Below are positions 1-9,350 of a stretch of DNA of 64,000 nt, one piece after another. The notes under the pieces were generated by a model. The model was not told the DNA's origin. It searched no databases and was given only the letters and a program-made list of their open reading frames with translations. Within the stretch, counting starts at the first letter, position 1, and every line of letters begins with the position of its first letter. Source of the DNA: Candidatus Omnitrophota bacterium (lineage in GTDB: Bacteria; Omnitrophota; Gorgyraeia; B26-G9); assembly GCA_043814605.1 (NCBI GenBank), contig JBDRJV010000005.1:11453-75452 (forward strand), given 5' to 3'. Made by a program: the position numbers and the translations under genes.

Positions 1-1195
1 ACGGAACGGATTTAAGGAATTACAGAAAAATTCAAGTTATTTTATTATTAACGGATGTGTGGTAACAGCGAAAGCACAAAAAAAATGCCACTCTTTAATA
101 AAATCATTGCACCAAAAGAATCCTCAATCGCAAATTATAATTACGGGCTGTTATGCTTACAATTTAGGACAAGAAAGATTTGGGCAGCCGATGCATTCAG
201 ACTGGCTCAGAGTTATTCCTCCAGATAAAAAAATAAGGATAGCGGAAATATTATTGAAAAATAAAAGTATTAATTTAGAAAAAGAATTTGATCAGCGAAT
301 AACAGATTTTAGTCAGCACGTGCGTGCTTTTGTGAAAATTCAAGATGGCTGCGACAATTTTTGTGCTTATTGCATCGTTCCGTATATTCGGGGTAAATCT
401 CAGAGTAAAAAAGAGGAAATTATTCTGCAGGAAATAGACGATTTAACACATAAAGGATTTAAAGAAATTGTGTTAACAGGGATAAATCTCGGGATGTGGG
501 GGAAGGATTTTAAACCCGCAAAAGAATTAGCCGATCTTATTGAAAAAATAAATGTAATGGATGTATTTTTTCGATTACGGTTAAGTTCTATTGAATTGCA
601 ATGTATTAGTAACCGTTTAATTGATCAATTTACTAAAGCAAAAACTAAGTTATGTGCACATTTACATATTCCTTTACAAAGTGGAGATACTGAAGTTTTA
701 AAAAATATGAACCGGAAATATACAGGGGATAAGTTCATAAAAAAAATTCAAGAAATTAAAAAACAAATTAAAGGAGTAGGGCTGACAACTGATGTTTTGG
801 TCGGATTTCCCGGGGAAACACAAACAGCGTTTGATCATACACAAGCGTTAATAAAAAAAGCGGAATTTTTAAGAGTTCATATTTTTCCTTTCAGTCTGCG
901 TCCTGGCACAAAAGCGGCGATTAGTCCTAATCAAATTGAATCCCCGGTAAAAAATTTAAGAAAAAAAATGATAAAAAAAATGGCGCAGAAAGTGAGTTTT
1001 AATTTTAGAAAAAAAATACAGGAACAGACAGTGGAGGTGCTTTTTGAAAAAAAAGAAAAAGGGGATTGGGTGGGCTACTGTCGTGAATACATAAAAATTA
1101 GAGTAAAGTCTGGAAAAAATCTTAAAAATGTACTGGAAAATGTAAAAATAACTCAAGTTACTTCAACTCAGACTAAAGGTGAGCTCGTAGACTAA
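1..1195 (+). CDS. MiaB/RimO/MtaB-family radical SAM methylthiotransferase, 5' partial (frame begins at base 2)
   Basis: The reading frame is open from the window edge, with no in-frame stop before the first listed start at 59. CDNFCAYC is a radical SAM CxxxCxxC motif. It lies about 50 residues closer to the N-terminus than in full-length MiaB-family proteins, so the N-terminus probably lies upstream of the window. A TRAM-like C-terminal region is present. Confidence 0.8.
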   Translation, partial: RNGFKELQKNSSYFIINGCVVTAKAQKKCHSLIKSLHQKNPQSQIIITGCYAYNLGQERFGQPMHSDWLRVIPPDKKIRIAEILLKNKSINLEKEFDQRITDFSQHVRAFVKIQDGCDNFCAYCIVPYIRGKSQSKKEEIILQEIDDLTHKGFKEIVLTGINLGMWGKDFKPAKELADLIEKINVMDVFFRLRLSSIELQCISNRLIDQFTKAKTKLCAHLHIPLQSGDTEVLKNMNRKYTGDKFIKKIQEIKKQIKGVGLTTDVLVGFPGETQTAFDHTQALIKKAEFLRVHIFPFSLRPGTKAAISPNQIESPVKNLRKKMIKKMAQKVSFNFRKKIQEQTVEVLFEKKEKGDWVGYCREYIKIRVKSGKNLKNVLENVKITQVTSTQTKGELVD

Positions 1196-1265
1196 AAAAT
1201 ATATGGGCAATATTAATATTATAATTATTTTATTATATTTTTTTAGCATTACATTCAAATATCCC

Positions 1266-1299
1266 TTGATTTTAATTTTTATGTATGTTAAAATATAAT
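1266..1299 (+). promoter_or_regulatory. sigma70-like promoter upstream of pilM (TTGATT-17-TAAAAT, overlapping TATAAT)
   Basis: TTGATT at 1266-1271, 17-nt spacer, TAAAAT at 1289-1294; a perfect TATAAT sits at 1294-1299. The region is AT-rich, so chance occurrence is possible. Confidence 0.4.
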
Positions 1300-1339
1300 A
1301 AATTGTGGGCTAATTTTTGAACAAGGCAATAACTATATT

Positions 1340-2380
1340 ATGTTGAAATTAAAAGAGTTATTTTCAAAATCTTCTAAAGTAAAAACTAATCTTTCAGTTG
1401 GCCTTGATATTGGGAATTCCAGTATTAAAGTTGTCCAGTTGCGTACAATCCCTAGCACCCAAGAAAAAGAATTAATAAAATTCGATATTTGCCCTTTTAA
1501 ATCTCGCGATAAAAAAGGGATTACTGATGCTATTAAAAGTTCTTTTGGTTGTGCCCAGATTACAACTAATATTGTGCAGACATCCGTTTCTGGCCAATCG
1601 GTTATTGTGCGTTATATTCAAATGCCGCGAATGTCAAAAGTAGAATTAGCAAATGCTTTAAAGTTAGGTTTAGGTAAATATATTCCTTTTAATGTAAATG
1701 AAGTAAATTATGATTTTCAGATTCTCGATACCGCGAATAAAGCAGATAAAATGATGCGGGTTCTATTAGTTGCAGTTAAAAAAGAAGTTGTACAGGAGAG
1801 AATTGATGTTTTGAAAGAAGCAGGCTTAATTCCGATTGTTATTGATGTAGATTCATTTGCAATTGTCAATTCTTTTCAATTGGTATCCCAGGAAAACAAA
1901 GGAATTATTGCGGTTTTAGATATTGGGGCTGATGTTACCAGTACAACGATTTTAGTGGATAATATTCCGCATTTTAACCGGGATGTGCTGATCGGAGGTA
2001 ATCATTTAACAAAAGCAATTATTCAAGAGTATGATATGAGTATCCAAGAAGCAGATGATTTAAAACACAATCCGCAAACTCGATATGGAGATCTGATCGC
2101 AGCAATTCGTCCGGTTTTAGATTTATTGGCTAATGAAATGCATTTATCATTTAATTATTGTGAAAGTCAATTAGGCGGTTCAGTGAGAAAGATTTTTCTT
2201 ACCGGAGGAACGGCAAAGTTTAAGGGGATAGACAAGGTTTTAAACAGTATTTTAGGGGTAGATGTTGAAATATGGGATCCTACGCGAATTTTAAAAATTA
2301 ATGAAGCATTGCCTAAAGATCGCTTAATGGATGTTGGCCCGTTATTAACAGTAGCCGTAGGATTAGCTTTAAGAGGTTAG
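1340..2380 (+). CDS. pilM: type IV pilus assembly ATPase-fold protein PilM
   Basis: Actin-like N-terminus (LSVGLDIGNSSIKVVQL), about 350 aa. First gene of a pilMNOPQ-ordered operon. Confidence 0.85.
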   Translation: MLKLKELFSKSSKVKTNLSVGLDIGNSSIKVVQLRTIPSTQEKELIKFDICPFKSRDKKGITDAIKSSFGCAQITTNIVQTSVSGQSVIVRYIQMPRMSKVELANALKLGLGKYIPFNVNEVNYDFQILDTANKADKMMRVLLVAVKKEVVQERIDVLKEAGLIPIVIDVDSFAIVNSFQLVSQENKGIIAVLDIGADVTSTTILVDNIPHFNRDVLIGGNHLTKAIIQEYDMSIQEADDLKHNPQTRYGDLIAAIRPVLDLLANEMHLSFNYCESQLGGSVRKIFLTGGTAKFKGIDKVLNSILGVDVEIWDPTRILKINEALPKDRLMDVGPLLTVAVGLALRG

Positions 2381-2383
2381 AAA

Positions 2384-3007
2384 ATGATTGAAATTAATTT
2401 ATTGCCAGATGAATTTAAAGTACAACCTGATTCCGCAAAAACACAAAAAATCCCGGTTACTTTAATTTTATTGTGTGCAAATGCAGTTTTAATCGCGATT
2501 TTAATTATTGTTACAGGCATAAATTTAAGCCGTAAAGTTACATTGCATTCTTTAAATAAACGGTTAAAAGACTTAGCTTCTCAACAACAGCAGATTAGTA
2601 CTTTGCAGCAAAAAACAACTAATTTTAAAAATACAAATTCTCTTTTTCAGCCGTTTACTAAAAATAGGTTTTTATGGGCAAAGAAATTAAATAAATTGAG
2701 TGATTTGGTTGTGCCGGGGATTTGGTTGAGAGAATTAGCCTGGGATAAACAATTTGGCAGCAGCAGTAATACTCCTGCACCGGTAATTATTAGCCAGTAT
2801 TTAAAAATTGATGCTACAGTTGTGCCGCTTTCACATGATGAAATGTCAATTGTCGGAGAATTTATCCGTAACTTAAAGAAAGATAAAACTTTTTTTGATG
2901 ATTTTAAAGAAATAAAACTCGAAGGAGTCTTACGCAGAAAAATCTCTAATGTAGAGGTTGTTGATTTTACAATAATCTGCCAGTTTAAACCAGAGGTTGT
3001 GCTTTAA
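2384..3007 (+). CDS. pilN: type IV pilus assembly protein PilN
   Basis: Begins IEINLLP, has a single N-terminal TM helix and a coiled-coil periplasmic part, and sits immediately after pilM. Confidence 0.7.
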   Translation: MIEINLLPDEFKVQPDSAKTQKIPVTLILLCANAVLIAILIIVTGINLSRKVTLHSLNKRLKDLASQQQQISTLQQKTTNFKNTNSLFQPFTKNRFLWAKKLNKLSDLVVPGIWLRELAWDKQFGSSSNTPAPVIISQYLKIDATVVPLSHDEMSIVGEFIRNLKKDKTFFDDFKEIKLEGVLRRKISNVEVVDFTIICQFKPEVVL

Positions 3008-3013
3008 AGGATC

Positions 3014-3595
3014 ATGAAAGATAAAATTTTAGCTTTACTAAAAAAAACTAAAATATCGATTTTACAGATTGCCTTAGGTGTAGGAGCTGTATTATGCATT
3101 GTTATAACTTTGCCTCAGTTATTTAATGTTGGTAAGGTGATTTCCGAAGTTAATGATAAGAAAAGGATTCTTAATGAGTTAGATAGGAATATTAAAAATC
3201 TTGAAAATTCAAAAAAAGAATTAGAAATTTTAGAAAAGGAATATAAAGATTTTATAGCTAGGTTGCCCGCACAAAGAGAATTTTCAATTTTTCTGGAATT
3301 ACTTTCGCGGTTAGCAAAAAAAAATGGAGTTAAGATTATTGCGATGGAACCGCAAACCGTAATTGAATCGCCGAATTTATTTTTTCTTAAAATTCCTATT
3401 TATATTGATGCCAGCTGCAGTTATCATGAGTTAGCCAGATTTATAAATGAACTCGAATACAGTAATAATCTTATTAAAGTCGAGGATATAAAAATTTCCT
3501 CAGAAGAATCGGACGAAATTTTACAACATCAAGTTTTTTTGAATGTACATGCATTTTGCTTAAAAGATGAAATATATGAAAAACTTATTTTTTAG
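3014..3595 (+). CDS. pilO: type IV pilus assembly protein PilO
   Basis: Bitopic protein with a coiled coil in the third position of the pilMNOPQ operon, about 190 aa. Confidence 0.6.
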   Translation: MKDKILALLKKTKISILQIALGVGAVLCIVITLPQLFNVGKVISEVNDKKRILNELDRNIKNLENSKKELEILEKEYKDFIARLPAQREFSIFLELLSRLAKKNGVKIIAMEPQTVIESPNLFFLKIPIYIDASCSYHELARFINELEYSNNLIKVEDIKISSEESDEILQHQVFLNVHAFCLKDEIYEKLIF

Positions 3596-3947
3596 TTTTT
3601 TTACAATCACAATTTTTTTAAGTACTATATCCTTGGCGGAGACGGATGCACCAGAGGAGCGTTTTATTTATGATGACCATCAAAAACGGGATCCTTTTGG
3701 GACATTGGTGACCCGTGAGGGCAGGATTCTACCGGGAGCAAAAACTGAGGAACAGCAGGAGAATATTGAGTTAGAAGGTATTATGTGGGATGCACAAGGG
3801 AGGTCTTTGGCGATTCTTAATAAAAAGTTAGTAAAGGAAGGGGAGCGAGTTTTTAATTTTCAGATTTTGAAGATTAAAAAAGATAGTGTGATTTTGCAAA
3901 AAGAGGGTAAAGTTAAAATAATTAATTTAAAAAAGGAGGGGGAATAG
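3567..3947 (+). CDS. pilP: pilus assembly protein PilP-like
   Basis: Signal peptide, small size, a conserved RDPF motif, and position between pilO and the secretin. An alternative start is at 3576. Confidence 0.5.
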   Translation: MKYMKNLFFSFFTITIFLSTISLAETDAPEERFIYDDHQKRDPFGTLVTREGRILPGAKTEEQQENIELEGIMWDAQGRSLAILNKKLVKEGERVFNFQILKIKKDSVILQKEGKVKIINLKKEGE

Positions 3948-5687
3948 ATGAAGAATTTGGGGAAAAATTTAGTTTTTCGGGTAAAAATAGGAGTGGCCAT
4001 AGCAGTATTATTTCTGGCGGTAGCGACATTTTTAGCGGCAAATAGTTTGAATGAAATTAATGTTAAGGATGCAAAAGAAGGGAATATTGATGTTGAATTT
4101 AAAGATGCGGATATTCAAGATGTATTTCGAGTGTTAGCGTTAAAGGGTAATGTGAGTATTGTTGCAGATCCTGAGGTAAAAGGATTAGTTACAGTACAGA
4201 TTTCGGATGTGCCTTGGGAAAAAGCTTTGGATGTAATTTGCCGTACATATGGGTATGCTTATGAACGTGAAAATAATATTATTCGGGTAACAACTTTAGA
4301 TAAGCTAGGACAGGAAAATTTAGTAACAGAAGTGTTTACTTTAAATTATGCAAAAGCGGCAGATGTGGCTGCTTCGGTTGAGGAAATGAAGTCAGAGCGG
4401 GGTAAAATCAAATCTGATTCTCGGGCAAATTTAATAATTGTTACGGATATCCCGACAAATATTTATAAAATCGGAAAGGTTATTAAGCGTTTGGATGCAA
4501 TGACTCCGCAAGTTACCATAGAAGCTAAAGTCATTGAAACAACAGTTTCTAATCTGGAAGATATTGGTTTTAAATGGAACGCTTCCTATACAGCGAACAT
4601 GGCATCGCGTCCGACAACTTTTCCTTGGCCGGCAAATAATATTGGGACTCAATATAACAATTTTCTTCCTAAAGGAAAAACTGCTGCTGATTTCCCTACG
4701 CTTAGTCAGCCGGCGATGCCTTTGGCCTCTGCTTCTGATTTTTCATTTGGGATTTTGGATGGGTCTAGCTTTAGCTTATTACTAGAAGCAATCCAAACAA
4801 AAGGCAAAACAAAAATATTATCTAATCCACGGATTACCACTTTAGATAATGAACCCGCAGAAATTCATGTAGGAACTGATTGGCCGGTTGCGAGTTATTC
4901 ATTTAGTGAAGAAAGTAATCGTTTTGTGATCAGCGGCTGGGAATATAAAAGTTATGGAATTCTTCTGAAAGTCACCCCAACAATCAATCAAAATGGTTTT
5001 GTTACATTAAAATTGCATCCGGAAATTAGTGATAAACAGGAAGAAATTGAATTTGAAGGGGCGCGGGTTCCGGTTTTAACAACTCAATCTGCAGATGCAA
5101 CGGTAATGATTAGAGATGGACAGACTTTAGTTATTGGCGGCTTAATCAAAGATAAAAATGTAGTAACAAAAACAAAAGTTCCATTTTTAGGAGATATTCC
5201 TTTTTTAGGGTTATTGTTTACCCATAAATCTGAAGAAATTGTGCGTAATGATTTGCTGATATTTATTACGCCGCATATTATTACCGAACAAAAGTTAGAA
5301 AAGCGCCAGAAAATATCACGTATTTTAGATGAGTCGGTAACGTCAAATATTAGTGAGATTGCAGATATTGATACTGAATCTATTGATCAAGCAATGGCCG
5401 ATGCAGAAAAAGCAGTTGTCAGTGATGACGATGAGGAACTAACCGAAAATACAGATGAGGATCAGTTAGTTACGGATGATGATTTTGATGCTGTACAGAT
5501 AATAGAGGAGATAACCGAGGATACAGATTTAGATTTTCCGGAAGTACCGGAGGCTCCGGAAATTGAGGAAAAGGCTGAAAATAAACCAAAAGTACAGGCT
5601 CCGGATATAGTAAAAGAGGCGCCTTCGTTACCAGTACAGGAAGAAACGGTTAAAGAAAATAAAGGATTCTTTTTTAAACGTAAATAG
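3948..5687 (+). CDS. pilQ: type IV pilus secretin PilQ with C-terminal acidic low-complexity tail
   Basis: Secretin C-domain (LSNPRITTLDNEPAEIHVG ... LIFITPHII) and N0-like domains. A GGAGGGGG ribosome-binding site precedes the ATG. Confidence 0.85.
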   Translation: MKNLGKNLVFRVKIGVAIAVLFLAVATFLAANSLNEINVKDAKEGNIDVEFKDADIQDVFRVLALKGNVSIVADPEVKGLVTVQISDVPWEKALDVICRTYGYAYERENNIIRVTTLDKLGQENLVTEVFTLNYAKAADVAASVEEMKSERGKIKSDSRANLIIVTDIPTNIYKIGKVIKRLDAMTPQVTIEAKVIETTVSNLEDIGFKWNASYTANMASRPTTFPWPANNIGTQYNNFLPKGKTAADFPTLSQPAMPLASASDFSFGILDGSSFSLLLEAIQTKGKTKILSNPRITTLDNEPAEIHVGTDWPVASYSFSEESNRFVISGWEYKSYGILLKVTPTINQNGFVTLKLHPEISDKQEEIEFEGARVPVLTTQSADATVMIRDGQTLVIGGLIKDKNVVTKTKVPFLGDIPFLGLLFTHKSEEIVRNDLLIFITPHIITEQKLEKRQKISRILDESVTSNISEIADIDTESIDQAMADAEKAVVSDDDEELTENTDEDQLVTDDDFDAVQIIEEITEDTDLDFPEVPEAPEIEEKAENKPKVQAPDIVKEAPSLPVQEETVKENKGFFFKRK

Positions 5688-5721
5688 GTAAAAATTTCAT
5701 TGATGAATTTGATTTAAATAA

Positions 5722-5780
5722 GGACAAAAACCAAAGGTCGGAATTGTGAAATTTTTAGGCCTTAGGTTTTTTGTCTTTTA
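5722..5780 (+). terminator. putative intrinsic terminator after pilQ
   Basis: GGACAAAAACC ... GGTTTTTTGTC imperfect stem with a long loop, followed by TTTTATTT. Confidence 0.4.
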
Positions 5781-5792
5781 TTTAAAGGTTTT

Positions 5793-6101
5793 ATGGAATT
5801 AATAAAGTTAGTTACAAAAATACATAAACATGGTAAAATGCGTTACATTTCGCATTTGGATTTTATCCGGCTTATTTACCGGGCAATCAGACGTGCGGAT
5901 TTGCCGTTTGCCCTAACACTAGGATTTAACCCGCGGCCGAAGATTAAATTTGGGCAAGCATTAAAATTAGGGGTTGAGGCAGAAATTGATGTTACCTTTT
6001 TTTTAGAAAAAGAAATAGATAAAAATGAATTTAAAACGAAAATGCATAAACAGTTACATGAGGGAATAAGGATAGTTGAAATTAATTATGGAAAACAATG
6101 A
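5793..6101 (+). CDS. DUF2344-family protein, short form (N-terminal part of the domain only)
   Basis: RYISHLDFIRLIYRAIRRADLPFALTLGFNPRPKIKFGQALKLGV matches the DUF2344/TIGR03936 N-terminal region. The protein is only 102 aa, whereas the family usually runs about 230 aa and is often fused to a radical SAM domain. Confidence 0.5.
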   Translation: MELIKLVTKIHKHGKMRYISHLDFIRLIYRAIRRADLPFALTLGFNPRPKIKFGQALKLGVEAEIDVTFFLEKEIDKNEFKTKMHKQLHEGIRIVEINYGKQ

Positions 6102-7596
6102 AATATTAATAAGTGTTGACGAGAAAGAAAAAAGAGTTGCAATTTTAGAAAATAGAAAATTAGAAGAATTCTTTTTGGAGAGAACTAATAGTGATCATCT
6201 GGCAGGTAATATTTATAAAGGCAAGGTTGCCCAAGTTGTTAAGGGTATGGAAGCAGCTTTTGTGGATATTGGTTTAGGGAAAAATGGGTTTTTATATATC
6301 CAGGAGTTATTGCCGGAAACTTTAAAATTAGATGAGTATTCTGTAGAACCGGCGGATGATGCCCAAAAAAATGGGATAAAAAAAGAAAGACCAGATAAAG
6401 TATCCATAGATTCTTTACTGACTAAAGGCCAAGAAGTTTTAGTTCAGGTTGTTAAGGAGCCTTTTGGGACAAAAGGCTGCCGCTTGACGAGCCAGATAAG
6501 CTTACCCGGAAGATTTCTGGTAATTATGCCTTATAGTAAGAATATTGGAATTTCTAAGAAAATTACCAATGATAAAGAAAGACTGCGCTTAAAAAATTTA
6601 TTAAAAGAAATCGGCTTAACTAAAGATATGGGTTGTATTATTAGAACCCAAGCCCAGGGGATGGGGAGAAGGGAATTTGTGCGTGAGCTAAATTATTTAT
6701 TGAGGCTTTGGAAAATTATAAAAATTAAATCAGCGCGCCGGCAAGCCCCTTGCTTAATCCATGAAGAATTCGATTTAATTTTAAGAACTGCCCGCGATCT
6801 TTTTAATGATCAAATTAACCAGTTTGTGTTAGATCAAAAAGACGATTTTAAAAGAGTATTAGGATTTATAAAGACCTTGGCCCCACAATTAAGTAAAAAA
6901 CTAAAATTACATAAAGAAAAAATAGATTTATTTGAAAAATTTGATGTTGAGCCGCAAATTGAAGAAATTTTTCAAAAACAAATTTCCTTAAAAAAAGGCG
7001 GGTATCTAGTTATTGAACGTACAGAGGCTTTAATTTCCATTGATGTTAATAGCGGTAAATTTGTAAATCGAAGCAGGCTTGAAGAAACAGCTTTTTTAAC
7101 TAATTTTGAGGCAGCTAAGGAAATTGCCCGTCAGATTATCCTCAAGGATTTGGCAGGGATAATCGTGGTAGATTTTATTGATATGCAAAAAAACCAACAC
7201 CAGAAAAAAATTCTCCAGGTTTTGACAAAAGCAATGGAAAAAGATAAAGCGCGTTCGACAATTTACCCCTTTTCGCCTTTAGGCGTGGTCCAGATTGCTA
7301 GACAAAGAATCAGAAAAAATATTGAAACAATGATTTTTGAAACATGCCCGCATTGTCAAGGCAGGGGCAAAGTTAAATCTACTCAAACTATTGCAGTTAA
7401 AGTATTAAGAGAAATTAAAAAGTTTATATTAAAAAATAAAAAACGTTATCTTAAAGTTGCAGTTAACCCGCAAATTGCCATGCGGTTATTTAATGAAGAC
7501 CGGGTGGCAATTACTAATTTAGAAAAGCGGATGTGGGCAAGAATAGCCATTATTACCGATGAGCATTTAGGTATTGAAGATGTTAGATTTTTATGA
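6088..7596 (+). CDS. rng: ribonuclease G/E family (Rng/CafA)
   Basis: S1 domain followed by an RNase E/G catalytic core, and a CPHCQGRG zinc link. Start set at ATG 6088 (MENNEILISV); a TTG at 6076 is an alternative. Confidence 0.85.
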   Translation: MENNEILISVDEKEKRVAILENRKLEEFFLERTNSDHLAGNIYKGKVAQVVKGMEAAFVDIGLGKNGFLYIQELLPETLKLDEYSVEPADDAQKNGIKKERPDKVSIDSLLTKGQEVLVQVVKEPFGTKGCRLTSQISLPGRFLVIMPYSKNIGISKKITNDKERLRLKNLLKEIGLTKDMGCIIRTQAQGMGRREFVRELNYLLRLWKIIKIKSARRQAPCLIHEEFDLILRTARDLFNDQINQFVLDQKDDFKRVLGFIKTLAPQLSKKLKLHKEKIDLFEKFDVEPQIEEIFQKQISLKKGGYLVIERTEALISIDVNSGKFVNRSRLEETAFLTNFEAAKEIARQIILKDLAGIIVVDFIDMQKNQHQKKILQVLTKAMEKDKARSTIYPFSPLGVVQIARQRIRKNIETMIFETCPHCQGRGKVKSTQTIAVKVLREIKKFILKNKKRYLKVAVNPQIAMRLFNEDRVAITNLEKRMWARIAIITDEHLGIEDVRFL

Positions 7597-7651
7597 TACA
7601 ATACCTTTTTAATTATTTAATGGGAAATTTTCATTAGTTTTCATAAAAATT

Positions 7652-7659
7652 TGTAGAAT
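7652..7659 (+). promoter_or_regulatory. extended -10 element (TGnTAGAAT) upstream of rplU
   Basis: TTGTAGAAT at 7651-7659; the -35 is weak. Confidence 0.25.
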
Positions 7660-7694
7660 TGAGAAGATTTTGAAAGTTATGAAGGAGGAATACT

Positions 7695-8009
7695 GTGTAC
7701 GCAATATTAGAACTGGGTGGTCGACAATATAAAGTCGCACAAAAAGATATTATCGAGGTAAATTATTTGGATAAACAAGCAAAAGAAACAATTACTTTAG
7801 ATAAAATTCTTTTAATTTCTGACGGGAAAAAGGTACAAATTGGCCAGCCCTATATAGAGGGGGCAACGGTTGAGGCGGAAGTAATCGCACAAATAAAAGC
7901 TCCGAAAGTAGTTATTTTTAAATATTTACGCCGAAAAGATTCACATAAGAAAACTGGTCACCGACAAAAATTAACAAAGCTTTTAATAAAGAAAATTAAT
8001 AATAAATAA
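7695..8009 (+). CDS. rplU: 50S ribosomal protein L21
   Basis: MYAILELGGRQYKV. GTG start with GGAGG 6 nt upstream. Confidence 0.9.
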   Translation: MYAILELGGRQYKVAQKDIIEVNYLDKQAKETITLDKILLISDGKKVQIGQPYIEGATVEAEVIAQIKAPKVVIFKYLRRKDSHKKTGHRQKLTKLLIKKINNK

Positions 8010-8066
8010 ATCAATTTGTTCCGAGACACAATGTTTTAAAAGCAGTTTTTTTAAGGAGGTAATTTC

Positions 8067-8309
8067 ATGGCACATAAAAAAGGACAAGGTGCAAGCCGTA
8101 ACGGCAGAGATAGTAATTCCCAACGATTAGGGGTAAAACACTATGGCGGGGAAACAGTACGCGCCGGAGCGATAATAATTCGTCAATGCGGCTTGAAATT
8201 TAAGCCAGGAAAGAACGTGGGAATGGGCAGAGATTATACTTTATATTCACGCGTAGACGGTAAAGTTTGTTTTCCCAAACCTAAAATGGTTAGTGTTATT
8301 CCTAATTAA
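8067..8309 (+). CDS. rpmA: 50S ribosomal protein L27 (no N-terminal propeptide)
   Basis: [24 protein letters not shown] with a GGAGG ribosome-binding site. No prp/ysxB gene lies between rplU and rpmA. Confidence 0.9.
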   Translation: MAHKKGQGASRNGRDSNSQRLGVKHYGGETVRAGAIIIRQCGLKFKPGKNVGMGRDYTLYSRVDGKVCFPKPKMVSVIPN

Positions 8310-8346
8310 AAATAAAGTTAAATAGCGAAAGTTGAAAAATAAGGTC

Positions 8347-9315
8347 ATGTTTGTTGACCGAGCAAAAATTAATGTAAAAGCCGGAAATGGCGGAAATGGT
8401 TGCGAGAGTTTCTGTTTTAAAAAAGGTATGCGGCATCGTCACAGAGACGGTGGAGATGGAGGCAAAGGCGGCGATATTATCATCAAAAGTGATAATAATG
8501 TGCATACACTATTAGATTTTAAATATCGTCAACATTTTAAAGCAGACTCTGGTAAGCATGGAAGCAGTAATTTAAAAAGAGGCCGAGATGCTCAAGATTG
8601 TGTAATTTTGGTTCCCGCAGGCACAATCATTAGGGATATAGATACAGGATTTTTGATTCGTGATCTTAATCAGCCTCAAGAGCAAGTAGTTGTTTGTTAC
8701 GGCGGAGTTGGTGGTAAAGGTAATGCTAAACTTAGATCAGCAACTTTGGGATCGCTTGGTCAGGAACTAACGATAACACTTGAGCTTAAATTAATTGCGG
8801 ATGTCGGGCTAATCGGCTTTCCTAATGCCGGTAAATCTTCGTTCTTGAATGTAATTTCTAAAGCTAAATCTAAAGTTGCTCAATTTCCCTTCACAACTCT
8901 CAATCCGATTTTAGGGGTGGTTACATCTCCAGAAAATGAGAATCGTTTTGTAGTAGCAGATATTCCCGGATTAATTAAGGATGCACACCGGGGTAAAGGG
9001 CTGGGCATTCAATTTTTACGTCACATAGAAAGAACCAAACTTTTACTTTTTATAATTGATATGGCTGGTGTTGAAGGAAGAGATCCGGTAGAAGATTATT
9101 ATACTCTGTTAAAAGAAATCGAGTCTTTCGACCGAACATTACTAACCCGTCCATGCTTGCTGGTAGCGAATAAAAATGATCTTAAAGCGGCTGAGGAAAA
9201 TCTTAAACGTTTTAAATTAGAAGTAAAAAAGAAAATTTATAGTATATCTTGTGAAACTAATCAGGGGATCGGCAAATTAAAAGCAAGCTTATTTAAAAAA
9301 ATTTTCCCTGAATAA
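8347..9315 (+). CDS. obg: GTPase Obg/CgtA
   Basis: MFVDRAKINVKAGNGGNG Obg fold, with a G domain GFPNAGKSS. An alternative TTG start is at 8332. Confidence 0.9.
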   Translation: MFVDRAKINVKAGNGGNGCESFCFKKGMRHRHRDGGDGGKGGDIIIKSDNNVHTLLDFKYRQHFKADSGKHGSSNLKRGRDAQDCVILVPAGTIIRDIDTGFLIRDLNQPQEQVVVCYGGVGGKGNAKLRSATLGSLGQELTITLELKLIADVGLIGFPNAGKSSFLNVISKAKSKVAQFPFTTLNPILGVVTSPENENRFVVADIPGLIKDAHRGKGLGIQFLRHIERTKLLLFIIDMAGVEGRDPVEDYYTLLKEIESFDRTLLTRPCLLVANKNDLKAAEENLKRFKLEVKKKIYSISCETNQGIGKLKASLFKKIFPE

Positions 9316-9350
9316 ATTTAATTTTAACTTTTTAAATTTATGAGGTAAAA

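Noticed and set aside
956-1156. Small antisense or alternative-frame ORFs from the six-frame track. These include 956-1156, 4431-4652, 4534-4785, 6213-6407, 8302-8505, 9408-9602, 9659-10129, 15017-15304, 15649-15849, 16898-17083, 18433-18648, 24534-24845, 27222-27443, 27888-28280, 30114-30428, 32108-32356, 32684-32875, 40221-40818, 42410-42664, 43159-43371, 43792-44028, 45316-45507, 50196-50441, 53430-53672, 54795-55085, 56211-56417, 60031-60313, 61115-61327 and 61805-62005.
   Set aside because: Each lies inside a well-supported gene on the other strand or frame and has low-complexity, AT-codon-driven composition with no motifs. These are typical spurious ORFs of an AT-rich genome.
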